A DNA stretch of 64,000 bases from Mobula hypostoma (lineage: Eukaryota), in NCBI RefSeq assembly GCF_963921235.1, contig NC_086109.1, forward strand, positions 36,892,001 through 36,956,000, in the 5' to 3' direction. The notes under the pieces are model-generated. The model ran no database searches. It saw nothing but the letters and a program-made list of their open reading frames with translations, and was not told where the DNA came from. Made by a program: the position numbers and the translations under genes. The first letter of the stretch is position 1. Every line of letters starts with the position of its first letter. Positions 1-11,860 of the stretch are shown here, one piece after another.

Positions 1-374
1 CAAATAGAGCAGCGGCTACGGACACAGCCTTGTGGTGCACCTGTGCTGATGGAGATTGTGAAGGAAATATTGTTGCCCAATCAAACGGACTGAGGTCTGC
101 AGATGAGGAAATTGAGGATCCAATTGCACTAAAATGTGTTGAGGCCAAGGAATTAAAGCTTTCTGATTAGTTTTGAAGGGATGGTCGTATTAGATGCCGA
201 GCTGTAATCGATAAAGAGTCTGATATATGTATCTTTGCTGCCCAGGTGATCAGGGTTAAGTGAAGAGCCAATGAGACGGCATCTGCTGAGGACCTGTTAT
301 GACAATAGACAAATTGGAGCCAAATTGAATCCAAGTTATTTTTCAGGCAAGCATTGATGTTTCTTCACCAACCT
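1..374 (-). mobile_element. Rex1/Babar-like LINE RT fragment (downstream part; runs off the window start)
   Basis: The minus strand gives RLVKKH..LQF..HNRSSADAVSLALH..CNWILNFL..STGAPQGC. The same region occurs on + at 36690-37030. Confidence 0.75.
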
Positions 375-1409
375 AGTGACTAGTGGGGTACCGCAAGGCT
401 CAGTGCTGGGACCCCAGTTGTTTACAATATATATTAATGACTTGGATGAGGGAATTAAATGCAGCATCTCCAAGTTTGCGGATGACACGAAGCTGGGTGG
501 CAGTGTTAGCAGTGAGGAGGATGCTAAGAGGATGCAGGGTGACTTGGATAGGTTGGGTGAGTGGGCAAACTCATGGCAGATGCAATTTAATGTGGATAAA
601 TGTGAAGTTATCCACTTTGGTGGCAAAAATAGGAAAACAGATTATTATCTGAATGGTGGCCGATTAGGAAAAGGGGAGGTGCAACGAGACCTGGGTGTCA
701 TTATACACCAGTCATTGAAAGTGGGCATGCAGGTACAGCAGGCGGTGAAAAAGGCGAACGGTATGCTGGCATTTATAGAGAGAGGATTCGAGTACAGGAG
801 CAGGGAGGTACTACTGCAGTTGTACAAGGCCTTGGTGAGACCACACCTGGAGTATTGTGTGCAGTTTTGGTCCCCTAATCTGAGGAAAGACATCTTTGCC
901 ATAGAGGGAGTACAAAGAAGGTTCACCAGATTGATTCCTGGGATGGCAGGTCTTTCATATGAAGAAAGACTGGATGAACTGGGCTTGTACTCGTTGGAAT
1001 TTAGAAGATTGAGGGGGGATCTGATTGAAACGTATAAGATCCTAAAGGGATTGGACAGGCTAGATGCGGGAAGATTGTTCCCGATGTTGGGGAGGTCCAG
1101 AACGAGGGGTCACAGTTTGAGGATAGAGGGGAAGCCTTTTAGGACCGAGATTAGGAAAAACTTCTTCACACAGAGAGTGGTGAATCTGTGGAATTCTCTG
1201 CCACAGCAAACTGTTGAGGCCGGTTCATTGGCTGTGTTTAAGAGGAAGTTAGATATGGCCCTTGTGGCTACAGGGGTCAGGGGGTATGGAGGGAAGGCTG
1301 GGTTCTGAGTTGGATGATCAGCCATGATCATAATAAATGGCGGTGCAGGCTCGAAGGGCCGAATGGCCTACTCCTGCACCTATTTTCTATGTTTCTATGT
1401 TTCTATGTT
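375..1409 (+). mobile_element. CR1 LINE, 5'-truncated 3' end (RT C-terminus, 3'UTR, (TTCTATGT)n tail)
   Basis: ORF 376-1308 contains GVPQGSVLGP, KFADDTK and RPHLEYCVQFWSP. The microsatellite tail is at 1384-1409. AACCT is duplicated at 370-374 and 1410-1414. Confidence 0.95.
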
Positions 1410-1419
1410 AACCTCTCAA

Positions 1420-2954
1420 AACATAGAAACATAGAAACATAGAAAATAGGTGCAGGAGTAGGCCATTCGGCCCTTCGAGCCTGCACCGCCATTTATTATG
1501 ATCATGGCTGATCATCCAACTCAGAACCCTGCACCAGCCTTCCCTCCATACCCCCTGACCCCCGTAGCCACAAGGGCCATATCTAACTCCCTCTTAAATA
1601 TAGTCAATGAACTGGCCTCAACTGTTTCCTGTGGCAGAGAATTCCACAGATTCACCACTCTTTGTGTGAAGAAGTTTTTCCTAATCTCGGTCCTAAAAGG
1701 CTTCCCCTCTATCCTCAAACTGTGGCCCCTCGTTCTGGACTTCCCCAACATCGGGAACAATCTTCCTGCATCTAGCCTGTCCAATCCCTTTAGGATTTTA
1801 TACGTTTCAATCAGATCCCCCCTCAATCTTCTAAATTCCAACGAGTACAAGCCCAGTTCATCCAGTCTTTCTTCATATGAAAGTCCTGCCATCCCAGGAA
1901 TCAATCTGGTGAACCTTCTTTGTACTCCCTCTATGGCAAGGAGGTCTTTCCTCAGATTAGGGGACCAAAACTGCACACAATACTCCAGGTGTGGTCTCAC
2001 CAAGGCCTTGTACAACTGCAGTAGTACCTCCCTGCTCCTGTACTCGAATCCTCTCTCTATAAATGCCAGCATACCATTCGCCTTTTTCACCGCCTGCTGT
2101 ACCTGCATGCCCACTTTCAATGACTGGTGTATAATGACACCCAGGTCTCGTTGCACCTCCCCTTTTCCTAATCGGCCACCATTCAGATAATAATCTGTTT
2201 TCCTATTTTTGCCACCAAAGTGGATAACTTCACATTTATCCACATTAAATTGCATCTGCCATGAATTTGCCCACTCACCCAAACTATCCAAGTCACCCTG
2301 CATCCTCTTAGCATCCTCCTCACAGCTAACACTGCCACCCAGCTTCGCGTCATCCGCAAACTTGGAGATGCTGCATTTAATTCCCTCATCCAAGTCATTA
2401 ATATATATTGTAAACAACTGGGGTCCCAGAACTGAGCCTTGCGGTACCCCACTAGTCACCGCCTGCCATTCTGAAAAGGTCCCATTTATTCCCACTCTTT
2501 GCTTCCTGTCTGCTAACCAATTCTCCACCCACACCAATACCTTACCCCCAATACCGTGTGCTTTAATTTGCACACTAATCTCCTGTGTGGGACCTTGTCA
2601 AAAGCCTTTTGAAAATCCAAATATACCACATCCACTGGTTCTCCCCTATCCACTCTACTAGTTACATCCTCAAAAAATTCTATGAGATTCGTCAGACATG
2701 ATTTTCCTTTCACAAATCCATGCTGACTTTGTCCGATGATTTCACCGCTTTCCAAATGTGCTGTTATCACATCCTTGATAACTGACTCCAGCAGTTTCCC
2801 CACCACCGACGTTAGGCTAACCGGTCTATAATTCCCCGGTTTCTCTCTCCCTCCTTTTTTAAAAAGTGGAGTTACATTAGCCACCCTCCAATCCTCAGGA
2901 ACTAGTCCAGAATCTAACGAGTTTTGAAAAATTATCACTAATGCATCCACTATT
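1420..2954 (-). mobile_element. CR1 LINE, 5'-truncated, same subfamily as 375-1409, one frameshift near 2570
   Basis: ORFs 1521-2573 and 2513-3007 carry NYRPVSLTS, YLDFQKAFDKV and FADD. The (ACATAGAA)n tail is at 1420-1446. Confidence 0.95.
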
Positions 2955-3420
2955 CCCACAGTGGATATAAGTACTACTGGGCAATAAACATTGAGGCAAG
3001 TTACCATGTTTTCCTTAGGAACTAGTATAGTTGAAGCCTGCTTGAAGCAGATGGGTACCTCAGACTGCCGAAGTGGGAGTTTAAAGATAGCTGATCAGCA
3101 CAGGTCTTTGGTACCTTGCCAGGTACCCCATCTGGGCCAGATGCTTTCCGTGGGTTGACCCTGCTGAAGGATATTCTCACCTTGGTCTCAGAGACTGAAA
3201 TCACAGGATAATTGGGGGCTGTGAGAGTTTGTGAATGTTCCTCCAAATTTTGATGGTCAAAACAAGTATAAAAGGAACTGAACCCATCTAGGTGAACCCC
3301 TGTTGTCACCTATATCGCTTGGTTTCACATTGTGAGAAGTAATAGCATTCAAGCCCTGCACAACTGTTGAGTATCCTTCATTGATTCAAGTTTCATCCAG
3401 AATTGTCACTTTATCCATGA
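2955..3420 (-). mobile_element. Rex1/Babar-like LINE RT fragment (upstream part of the element at 1-374)
   Basis: The minus strand gives VNPRKASGPDGVPG..CADQL..VPKENMVTCLNVYCPVVLISTV, which is colinear with the RLVKKH piece. Confidence 0.75.
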
Positions 3421-3589
3421 GATAGCTATTAGATATGCCCATGACAGTAAATTTAAACTTGAAAAAGAGGCTCTCAAGAGACTTGGCACATGATTGACTC
3501 ACATGTCATCACTACACAAATGAAATATGTCAGAAAGGAATGCACTTCTCCTTTAGGAGATTCATTCCCGCTTTAAATGAGCCACTTAC

Positions 3590-3763
3590 TAGTTGTCAAC
3601 AGCTTTCCAGGCTCATTAGACAGTTCCTGCTGGAGTGCATACACACACGCTGGATACCTAATAGGAACATTAGCATATACATAGTTGCATACATCCAGCA
3701 TACAGGTCCTCTCTAGGTTACAGCAGGACTTCATATCTACGGGTAGTTTGCAAGTTGGAAACA
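3590..3763 (-). CDS. Candidate host exon (unidentified Cys-rich peptide), 174 nt, phase 1-1
   Basis: The sequence looks non-repetitive. Acceptor ccatttttggcAG, donor CTA|GTAAGT, open frame FPTCKLPVDMKSCCNLERTCMLDVCNYVYANVPIRYPACVYALQQELSNEPGKLLTT. No protein family recognised. Confidence 0.25.
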
Positions 3764-4328
3764 CTGCCAAAAATGGAGTTCACACACCGCAAAAGATATT
3801 TGCAGGGGTAAGTTTACCCACAGGAACAGGTAGTCTCGAGAAGTATTTTAAGTCTTGCTTTGCCATCTATAAATGAAGATAATGATATTAACAGATTTAT
3901 CCTATCAATTTCAAACCCTTTTCAAAAAGGTTTTACTGCAGACAAGGTTTTAAATGCTATTGGGTTTAAAAAGCACACTGCTACTGGCCCGGATGGGGTA
4001 TCCCTAGGTAAATGGACATCAACATGTCAACTAGATTGCTGAGATACATCCTAGGATGTGCTGGGACACATCATCATTCATGTAACCTGGGGTCATTGGG
4101 TGTTTTGGATCTTTCAACATCAGACACTCTTACACAGGTCACCCAGACATCCCAGCCAAGCCTGACCAGCAGCAAAATCTTCCCTGAGGGCCTGTAAATG
4201 GGAGCAAAATTCCAGCTATAGGGTCTGTCTTGTAAGTAGTTCAAAGGTTTTCCACCAGTTCTATTAGAACACAGGTAATCTGTACCTCAACTTATTTGTC
4301 TGTCTTAATTCTATATTTATCTATAAAT

Positions 4329-4712
4329 CGGGTAGGACAAGCTCGTCAGCCTGGGAAGGCAATCCATCTAAGAGAGGGAAAATTCTGATTTCAAACCTTC
4401 GCTGCCTTGCGGCCGTACCCACTCCTGCAAAAGGCTTCAGGAGTAAACCCTGAGGACAAATCTGGAGCTGGAGTCCCTAAGGCAGTCTGTGTTGCCTTCA
4501 ACCTCTTTCTGGCAACTCCTGTGACGACACCGGTATCAAGCTGTATCGGCCCCTGCCCTTCCCTTGGACAATATCGGTGTCATGGAGGGGGCAGACTTGC
4601 TGCATGGGTAACTGCCGGTTTTCCAAATATCCTTGCCCAGGCCTGCACCCTGGAGAGGACACTCCAGCGTCGCCTCACCACGACGGCACAAGACTTTCCA
4701 GGTGCAGACCCA
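4329..4712 (+). repeat. Interspersed repeat resembling an RTE-clade 5' UTR; diverged relative at 45790-46165 (-)
   Basis: GGCAATCCATCTAAGAGAGGGAAAATTCTGATTTCAAACC..GAGTAAACCCTGAGGACAAATCTGGAGCTGGAGT aligns by eye to the reverse complement of 45800-45950. Confidence 0.5.
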
Positions 4713-6016
4713 CATATTTCACAAAAGTACAATCATTCATTTAACTGTAGCAAATTGTTTATACTGGTAATGTAAATAGATTTTTAGAAAACTTCTGATA
4801 AAATGATGTCTGCAGCTGTTTATCCTGTTGGGTTATATAACGCTTTATCTTAATGGTACGTTGGTGGCAGACCAGCTTTAACCTGGATTAAATTAATATT
4901 TTCTTAATCAATGTACTGACATGTTATCTAGCTATAAGAATACATGAGAGGATTATCTAGTTTAATCTTCTGTGAGAAATTTTTAAAAATACCGTACCAT
5001 TCATTCCAATTATATTTCATTCATGGTATTGACATTCACATTTGCATTAATCGTTATTGCTCTACAGGGGCCTCACACTAAGGGTCCCCTTTCTTAACTT
5101 AATGTGAGATCACTCACGTAATCTCTTACACTTCCATTGAAAATTTCATACGACATAAAAAACATTGGTTCAGAGGCTGCAGTTTCAATAGGATTTAACT
5201 TCTCACAATACCGTTCTAATATAGTACATCTAATTCATTGGGTATCCATTTGATTATGGAGTCATGAAGAGTAGTCTTACCACTCAATATGACCCAAATT
5301 CCTCAGCCATGTCAACATTGCCACCACTTCCCATCTTATTCCTGGCTCCAAACTCTAGACTTTTTCCTATCAAGCCAATTTTCACAAACACTGAAACTTA
5401 ACTCCTGAACAGATCAATCCATTGTGTCTCAACTTATGTAGATCTTTGACCTGCATTCCAATCCTAAACCCATGATCCCATCCCACCACTGTTGGCATGG
5501 TTATTCACCCAGCCTCATCAAGATGCTGCCCTTTAGACCTGTGGTTGCAATTGCCTTCTCTCTCCTGATCTTCAGATATTGGTCTTGCTCTTCTGAAAAG
5601 AATAATTATATTAGTATGTATATTAAGGCCAAACAACTGCAATACCATTGTATAATGGTACAGGTGTAAAAGAGAGTCTAAGACCACTTTCGATATAGTC
5701 TGATGTTCTAGTGCTACATGCTGTACAAGTCACACTATCATCTGTTTAACAAGAGCAAGCTGCATGTTAACTGCATAGTCACATGTAACTCTGCTTCCAG
5801 GCAACTCATTGTTAGCAGAATAGTTGCAGCTGTTGTTATTTCCACCTAAAATTAAGCATATTAATGAATAAATTATGTATAGTTCCCTGAAGGTCAAATT
5901 AATTGCTTGGGCACTTCTAATAAGAAACTTTGTACTTGGGGTTTGGCATTACAACAGTGTTAGGAAGTCCAAATGCTGCCACACTACCCATCGAAGGTTA
6001 TCTTAAATGCTCACTT

Positions 6017-6145
6017 TGTCATAAAGGGGGGCACTGGCAGCGGACGCAAGTGCAAGACACAGACACTGACGTACTAGGAACAGGACTAGGACTAGAGTTA
6101 AGCAAGCACGGGAAGTGGGGAAGAAAGGACACTGGACATTGACAC
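6017..6145 (-). repeat. Inverted fragment resembling the 3' end of a Gypsy LTR
   Basis: The reverse complement ends GTGTCTTGCACTTGCGTCC...TGACA, similar to the end of LTR 10272-10690 (GTGTCTCTCTCTCCGCACTTGAGCC...TGACA). Confidence 0.45.
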
Positions 6146-8152
6146 AGGCCCTGCATATGCATGCTTGCAGTAGAGACAGGATGGAATGAAAGATTTCTCA
6201 CCACTGCTTTCCAGCATGGACTGAACGCAGGGGTCAAGCACGAGATCACTGTTCGTGATGAGCAAGATTGTCTAGATGACCTGATTAATCTGGCTATTCA
6301 AGTTGATGACCGGGTACTTGAGTGGGACAAGGAAAGCATGTCTCAAGCTTCCTATGCACCGTCTGATCACCGTCCTTCTTCACCCTCTCCCTCCCGACCC
6401 TGCACCCAATTCACAGAGGAGCCTATGCAAGTGAGGCACATGCAGCTGTCTCAGGAGAAACAAGAGTGGTGCAGGAGAACAGGTTTCTGCTTCTATTGTG
6501 GCAATCCAGGATATTTCCAGGTGGTGTGTCCCAACTGCCCAGTAAAGGAGGATAGCCATCAGTCCTGACAGGATGGTTCTTTCTGCAGTCTGCTTGCCCC
6601 GATTGTGAAATGCTTGCAGCTTCCTTGTTGTGGGGGTCTCGGACGTATGAACTTGAGGTGTTAATCAACGCTGATGCTGCCGGGAATCTCATGGACATAT
6701 CTCTAGCTCAAAAATGGAGAGTTCAGACTAGGAAATTAAGAGAAAAGGTGAACATCAAGGCCATAGATGGTCAAACTCTAGGCAGCGCCCAGATCCATCT
6801 TTCCACCCCATCCCTCCAACCTATGCTTGAAGGAAACCATAGTGAAGAACTCTCCTTCTATCTGGTTGATTAATTTGAACTGCCACTGGAGTTTGGTCTC
6901 CTCTAGTTATTGCAAATTAACCCACAGATTGATTGGTTTCTTAAAGCAGTCTTAGAGTAGGAACTGGCATGCCTATCTTCCTGCATAGGTCCAGCTCAAG
7001 CTCCATTCCATCAATCACCTCCTGTGTCAGCTGAGGATGTGGACCTGGCTGGGATTCTGGCTGAGTATGTGGATCTTCTTGAGGTCTTCAGTAAAAGGAC
7101 GGCCGCCCTGCACACAGCCATACAACTGTGCCATAGACCTCCTTTCCGGATCTTGCTCTTTTCCCTCTCTTGTCCTGAAACAGTGGCCAAGAAGGCATTG
7201 CCCATGGGATTTATCCATCCATCAACCTCACCAGCAGGAGCAAGAAAGATGGCAAGCTCCATCCCTACATTGATATCGGCCCCTGAACAATATCACTGTA
7301 AAGAACTGCCACTACTCTCTCCTCCTGCTGGTGTCTGCATTTGAACATCTCCAGGGAGCAACCATGTTTTCCAAAATTAATCTGATCAATGCTTACAATC
7401 TGGTTCATAGGAGAATACAGCTTTCAACAGCTCTAATAGCCACTATGAGTACCTTGTAATGTCCTTTTGTCTGACCAATGCTCCCACTGTTTTCCAAGTG
7501 TTAGTTAATGAGGTGCTCAGGGGTAAGTTGAATTGGTTTGTTTTTGTGTATTTTGACAACATCCATATTTATTCCTGCTCTCAGCAGCTACAGCATGTCC
7601 ACAGGGTTCTCAGAGGGTTCCTCAAAAATAACTTGTATACCCAGCCTGAGAAATGTGAGCTCCATAAAGACCAGGTGTCATTTTTGGGATATATACTACC
7701 CCATCCAGTGCTCAAAAGGACCCTAGTAAAGTTCAAGCAGTAAAAGAGTTGCCCAAATGATCTTCAGTCAGACACGTATGGCACTTCATGAGGTTTGCAA
7801 ACTTTTATCGCTGCTTCATCAGGAACTTCGGCTCTATTTTGGCTCCCATAAATGCACTCACTAGGAAGACCCTAGTGGGATTCCATTGGACAGAGGATGC
7901 CGCCCAAGCAGTTTCAGAGTTAAAGTGACGTTTCACCGCTGCCCCAGACCCATCGCAGCCATCATAGTTGAGTTGGACGCATCCGATGTTGGCATTGGAA
8001 CTGTCCTCTCTCAGCGCTCTTCTGCAGATAGCCAGCTGCACCCTTGTGCCTTTCTTTCCCGTCACTTGACTCTGGTCGAATGGAACTACATTGTTTTGAA
8101 CCAGGAACTACTGGCTGTTAAGGAGAGCCTAGAGGAATGGTGTCACTAGCTG

Positions 8153-8920
8153 AAGGTTCAATAGGTACATTTAGAGTCAGAGAAATGTATACAATATACA
8201 TCCTCAAATTCTTTTTCTTTGCAAACATCCATGAAAACAGAGGAGTGTCCCAAAGAATGAATGACAGTTGAACATTAGAACCCCAAAGCCCTCCCTCGCT
8301 CCTCCTTCCCACACACAAGTAGCAGCAAGGCAATGATACCACCACCCCGCCAGCAAAAAAGCATTGGCATCCACCACTGAGCACTCAAGCATGCAGCAAA
8401 GCTTGCAGTACCCCAAAAACTAATCATTCACCCTGTATTTCAACATACCACAGTCTCTCTCTCTCCCTAATAAGGGAAAAAGAGGTGTCCCTGTTTCACA
8501 GCGAGAGAGCAGACATAAACAACTTGCTGATTCATGATGTTAAAGGTCTGTTGCATCGCTTTTCCCAAGCTCCGCGCCCAGAGAGTTGGCCTCAAGGCTC
8601 AGGTCTCTGGACACACAGCCAGTAGCTAACCCACTGCTCCTGATGTTCAGTATTCTCTTATGGTGCCTCAGTCAGGGGCACTGGCCTTGAATCCGCCCGT
8701 CTCCACAGCCACGAAAATCTGGCAACCTGAAGGCTCGTTAGATATTGTGTGCTTGGGATATCAAAAAGCAGCCGATCATGAGGTCCTGAAAGCGGGTCCC
8801 ATTCCCACAAAGAGCCAAAGTCAGAGTGTAACACCAGGTCAGGGTCTTCAAAAGAACCTGGGAAAAGGGAAAAAAAGAGATATCAAAGGAAGAAATAGAG
8901 CTGTTTCTGAAAATCCAAGC
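8153..8920 (-). mobile_element. Non-coding retroposon with a Rex1-like 3' tail, nested in the Gypsy RNase H region
   Basis: It interrupts LEEWCH*L | QHPF..WTDHKNL. Its terminus resembles that of 29575-30495. Confidence 0.6.
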
Positions 8921-10271
8921 AAAGCAGCATCCTTTCTTTGCCTGGACAGATCATAAGAACCTCTCCTACATTAAGCATGCAAAGAGACTCAACTCTCGTC
9001 AAGCCCAGCGAGCTCTCTTCTTCACCCGGTTTATTTTCACCCTTATCTATCACCTGAGCAGCAAGAATACCAAGGCAGACACTTTCTCCCAGCAGTTGGA
9101 GGGACTTGAGGACAATGCTCAAGTCCAGAGCTCATTCTTCCTCGCTCATGTATTGCTGCTCCATAATCTGGGGAATAGAGGTGGAGGTAATGGCCACCCA
9201 ACAGTTGGACCCAGGCCTGGGTGGGGGCATCCCAACTGACTGTTTGACCCTGCTATGGTGCATTCCAAAGTGTTAGAATGGGGTCACTCCTCCCATCTGG
9301 CTGAACATCTGGGAATTCAACGGACCCAGGAGTTTATGAAGAGACCACTTTGGTGGCCATCTATGTCCCAGGATGTCCACAACTTCATAGCTATATGTCC
9401 CACCTGTGCTCAGAATTATGTCAGCTGCCTGTGCCCCACCGCTTCTGGTCCCACTTCTCAGTGGATTTCATCACTGCCGCTGTCTAATGGAAACACTATC
9501 ACTTTGGCTGTTGTAGATTAACTCTCCAAGGCTGCCCACTTCATTGCCCTCCTTAAGCTCCTGACGGCCCTTGAGACTACCACATTCATGGTTCCACATG
9601 TGTTCAGGTTCCACAGCTTCCCTCAAGACATAGTGTATGATTATGGACCACAGTTCACTTCCCAGTTTGGTAGGCTGTTTGCTGTCTTGTAGGAGCCACT
9701 GCCAGCCTCCCATCTGGTTTCTGCCTCCAATCCAATGGCCAGACTGAGAGAGTGGAACCAGGAGCTGGTGATAACCATGAACTGCTTTGCTTTTTCCAAT
9801 CCCATATCCTGTAGCTCCCAATTGGTTTGGGCAGAGATCGTCCACAATAATGTCTCATTGTCCTCCATCAGCATGTCCCCATTTGAATGCTAGAAGGGTT
9901 TCCAGCCACCGCTCTACCCTGACAAGGAGATTGATGTAGGATTTGATCCAGTACTGCAAGCGCACCTGGAGACGAGCCAGGGCTTCTCTGCTGAACACCC
10001 AGAAACAACATGCCCAGCAGGCTGATCTGCTGTGCCAACAAGTAAGGTCATTCAAGCCAGGAGGGAAGGTCTGGTTGGCATCAAGGGATCTTCCCCAAGA
10101 AGTTGAGGGCCGCAAATTGGCTCACCAAATATGTGGTAACGTCCACTGCCTTATGGATTGGGAAGGATATTGTCCTGAAGAACGTTGTCGGATTTCAGCA
10201 AAGGACATCTTGGACAAGTCACTCATCCAGGTCTGTTGCACCTCAGGAGCTGCACCTAGAGAGGGAGACCC

Positions 10272-10690
10272 TGTCACAACCACAAACTGAGCAGCCTAGC
10301 TGATTTGGCAATTGCATTCATGAACATGAAAGTATCAGCCAATTACTGTTTAATTATGGTGGTATTTGACTCCTTTCTTTTCATTGCAGTACTTACCAAG
10401 ACTTGCGCAAAGCACAGCAATGTTACACCACCTACTCGCATTCAGCCTTGCCTGGGAAAGTTGACTGACGCCGACAACTAGCAGTATTCATTTTATATGT
10501 AGTTATTCCTTTCAACTGCAGTGTTGGCATCTGGTTTTACATTTGAGAGTTTTAGTTAACAGCCCTGTTTGTCCTAGCATTTTTTTGTTTTCCTTTCCCT
10601 TAAAACCCTATTAGCATTGAAGTCTGTGAATTACCAACCCGCTTTAGTGTCTCTCTCTCCGCACTTGAGCCGTATCCAAATGAACTGACA
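10272..10690 (+). repeat. 3' LTR of the chromovirus
   Basis: TGTCA...TGACA termini, preceded by the purine tract AGAGAGGGAG. Confidence 0.75.
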
Positions 10691-10959
10691 AGTTCTCCAC
10701 CACAACTCAACATTCACAAGGCCTTTTATTTTCATTTCAGGTTTTCAGTAACCTCACTACTTTGCTTTAGTTTTAGGGAGAAGACTATAAATATACACGA
10801 CCAGTTGTATTTCAACTTTATGGCTTATTAGTTTGCTATCTTATTCTTTCATTAAAACATAAGCCATAAGCATAGTTTGGGCCATATGAGTTCCTATAGG
10901 AAGACAACATTAAAGGCGAAGTTGTTCAATGTGAGAATGAGTTAAGCTTAATGAGGCAG

Positions 10960-11220
10960 TTGGGGAGAGGGGTATCAGGCTGGAGAGAGGGTTGAGGACA
11001 TTTTCACTCAGAGAGTAATGACAGTGTGAAACAAGCTGCTAGCAGAAATGGTGAATGCAGGTTTGATCTCAACATTTAAGAGAAGTTTGGATAAGTACAT
11101 GGATGGGGGAGGTATGGGTGGCTATGATCCAGGTGCAGATCAATGGGACTTTGCAAAAGAGTAGTTTGGTATAGACTAGACCGGCCTATTTCTGTGCTGT
11201 AGTTCTCTATGACTGTATGA
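10960..11220 (+). mobile_element. Old CR1 3' end fragment
   Basis: TTCACTCAGAGAGT..ACATTTAAGAGAAGTTTGGATAAGTACATGGATGGG..TCTGTGCTGTAGTTCTCTATG. Confidence 0.7.
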
Positions 11221-11654
11221 TATACCTGAGAGCTAACACTGGGGATCCAGTAGTCAAAGGTTGGCTTGCCAGTCCACATCAGTGTCACACCAGTCAGGAA
11301 GCTAGATGCTGACATCAGGGTTAGGTCCTAGAGAGCAGAGTGCCGCAGGTTAAGATGGGTGTTGGTTAGAGTGAGTGAGAGGAGTGAAAACAAATTTAAG
11401 TCAGTCAATTTTGTATTACCAATTCACAATGATCAGCTTAAGAATGGCTAGTGCACATGGGGGTGTGAGTCAAGAGAATGGGACGGCAGTCTGGTGTGAA
11501 ACATCCTGCCCAAATCAAAGGATATGGTATGGGTAGAAGAAGAGTTCCAAGTCATGTCAGAGTTGGAATCCACTAAAATAGTGATGTAGTGGATGAGGTT
11601 GAGGTTTTTAGCTGCGACTTGTTCATTTGAGATGGAAGAAGGAAAGAACAGAAG

Positions 11655-11860
11655 AGGTAATCAGCCAGATATCATGGTACACATCGGTACCAATGACGTA
11701 GAAAGAAAGAAGGAGGAGGTCCTGAAGAATGAGTATAGAGAGCTTGGTAGGAAGTTAAAAAGCAGGCTCGAGGGTGGTAATCTCAGGATTGCTACCTGTG
11801 CTACGTGCCAGTGAGGGTAAGAATAGGATGCTCTGGGGGATGAACACGTGGCTGAGGAAA
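11655..11860 (+). mobile_element. CR1 ORF1 (SGNH esterase) fragment
   Basis: QPDIMVHIGTNDVERKKEEVLKNEYRELGRKLKSR matches ORF1 at 50303-50809. Confidence 0.8.

Larger units (their letters stand above)
6146..10690 (+). mobile_element. Degenerate Ty3/Gypsy chromovirus (sushi-like) LTR retrotransposon; 5' LTR missing
   Basis: Gag knuckle CFYCGNPGYFQVVC (6161-6568), protease-like LINADAAGN, RT MSFCLTNAPTVFQ..VYFDNI, RNase [17 protein letters not shown], integrase HSSHLAEHLG..CPTCAQ, chromodomain MDWEGYCPEERC..ILDKSLI. Many stops and frameshifts. Confidence 0.9.

Noticed and set aside
1381..1449. Short repeat array resembling CRISPR or a terminator
   Set aside because: These are the 8-bp microsatellite tails of two CR1 elements. 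The context is eukaryotic, with no spacers or cas genes.
1498..2661. Long antisense ORFs (230 aa, 150 aa; also 55970-56782 and 42484-43176)
   Set aside because: These are shadow frames opposite LINE ORF2 sequence and recur in each repeat copy.
2513..3007. Apparent Rex1-CR1 fusion ORF
   Set aside because: It is a chance in-frame junction at an insertion boundary, and is frameshifted shortly after.
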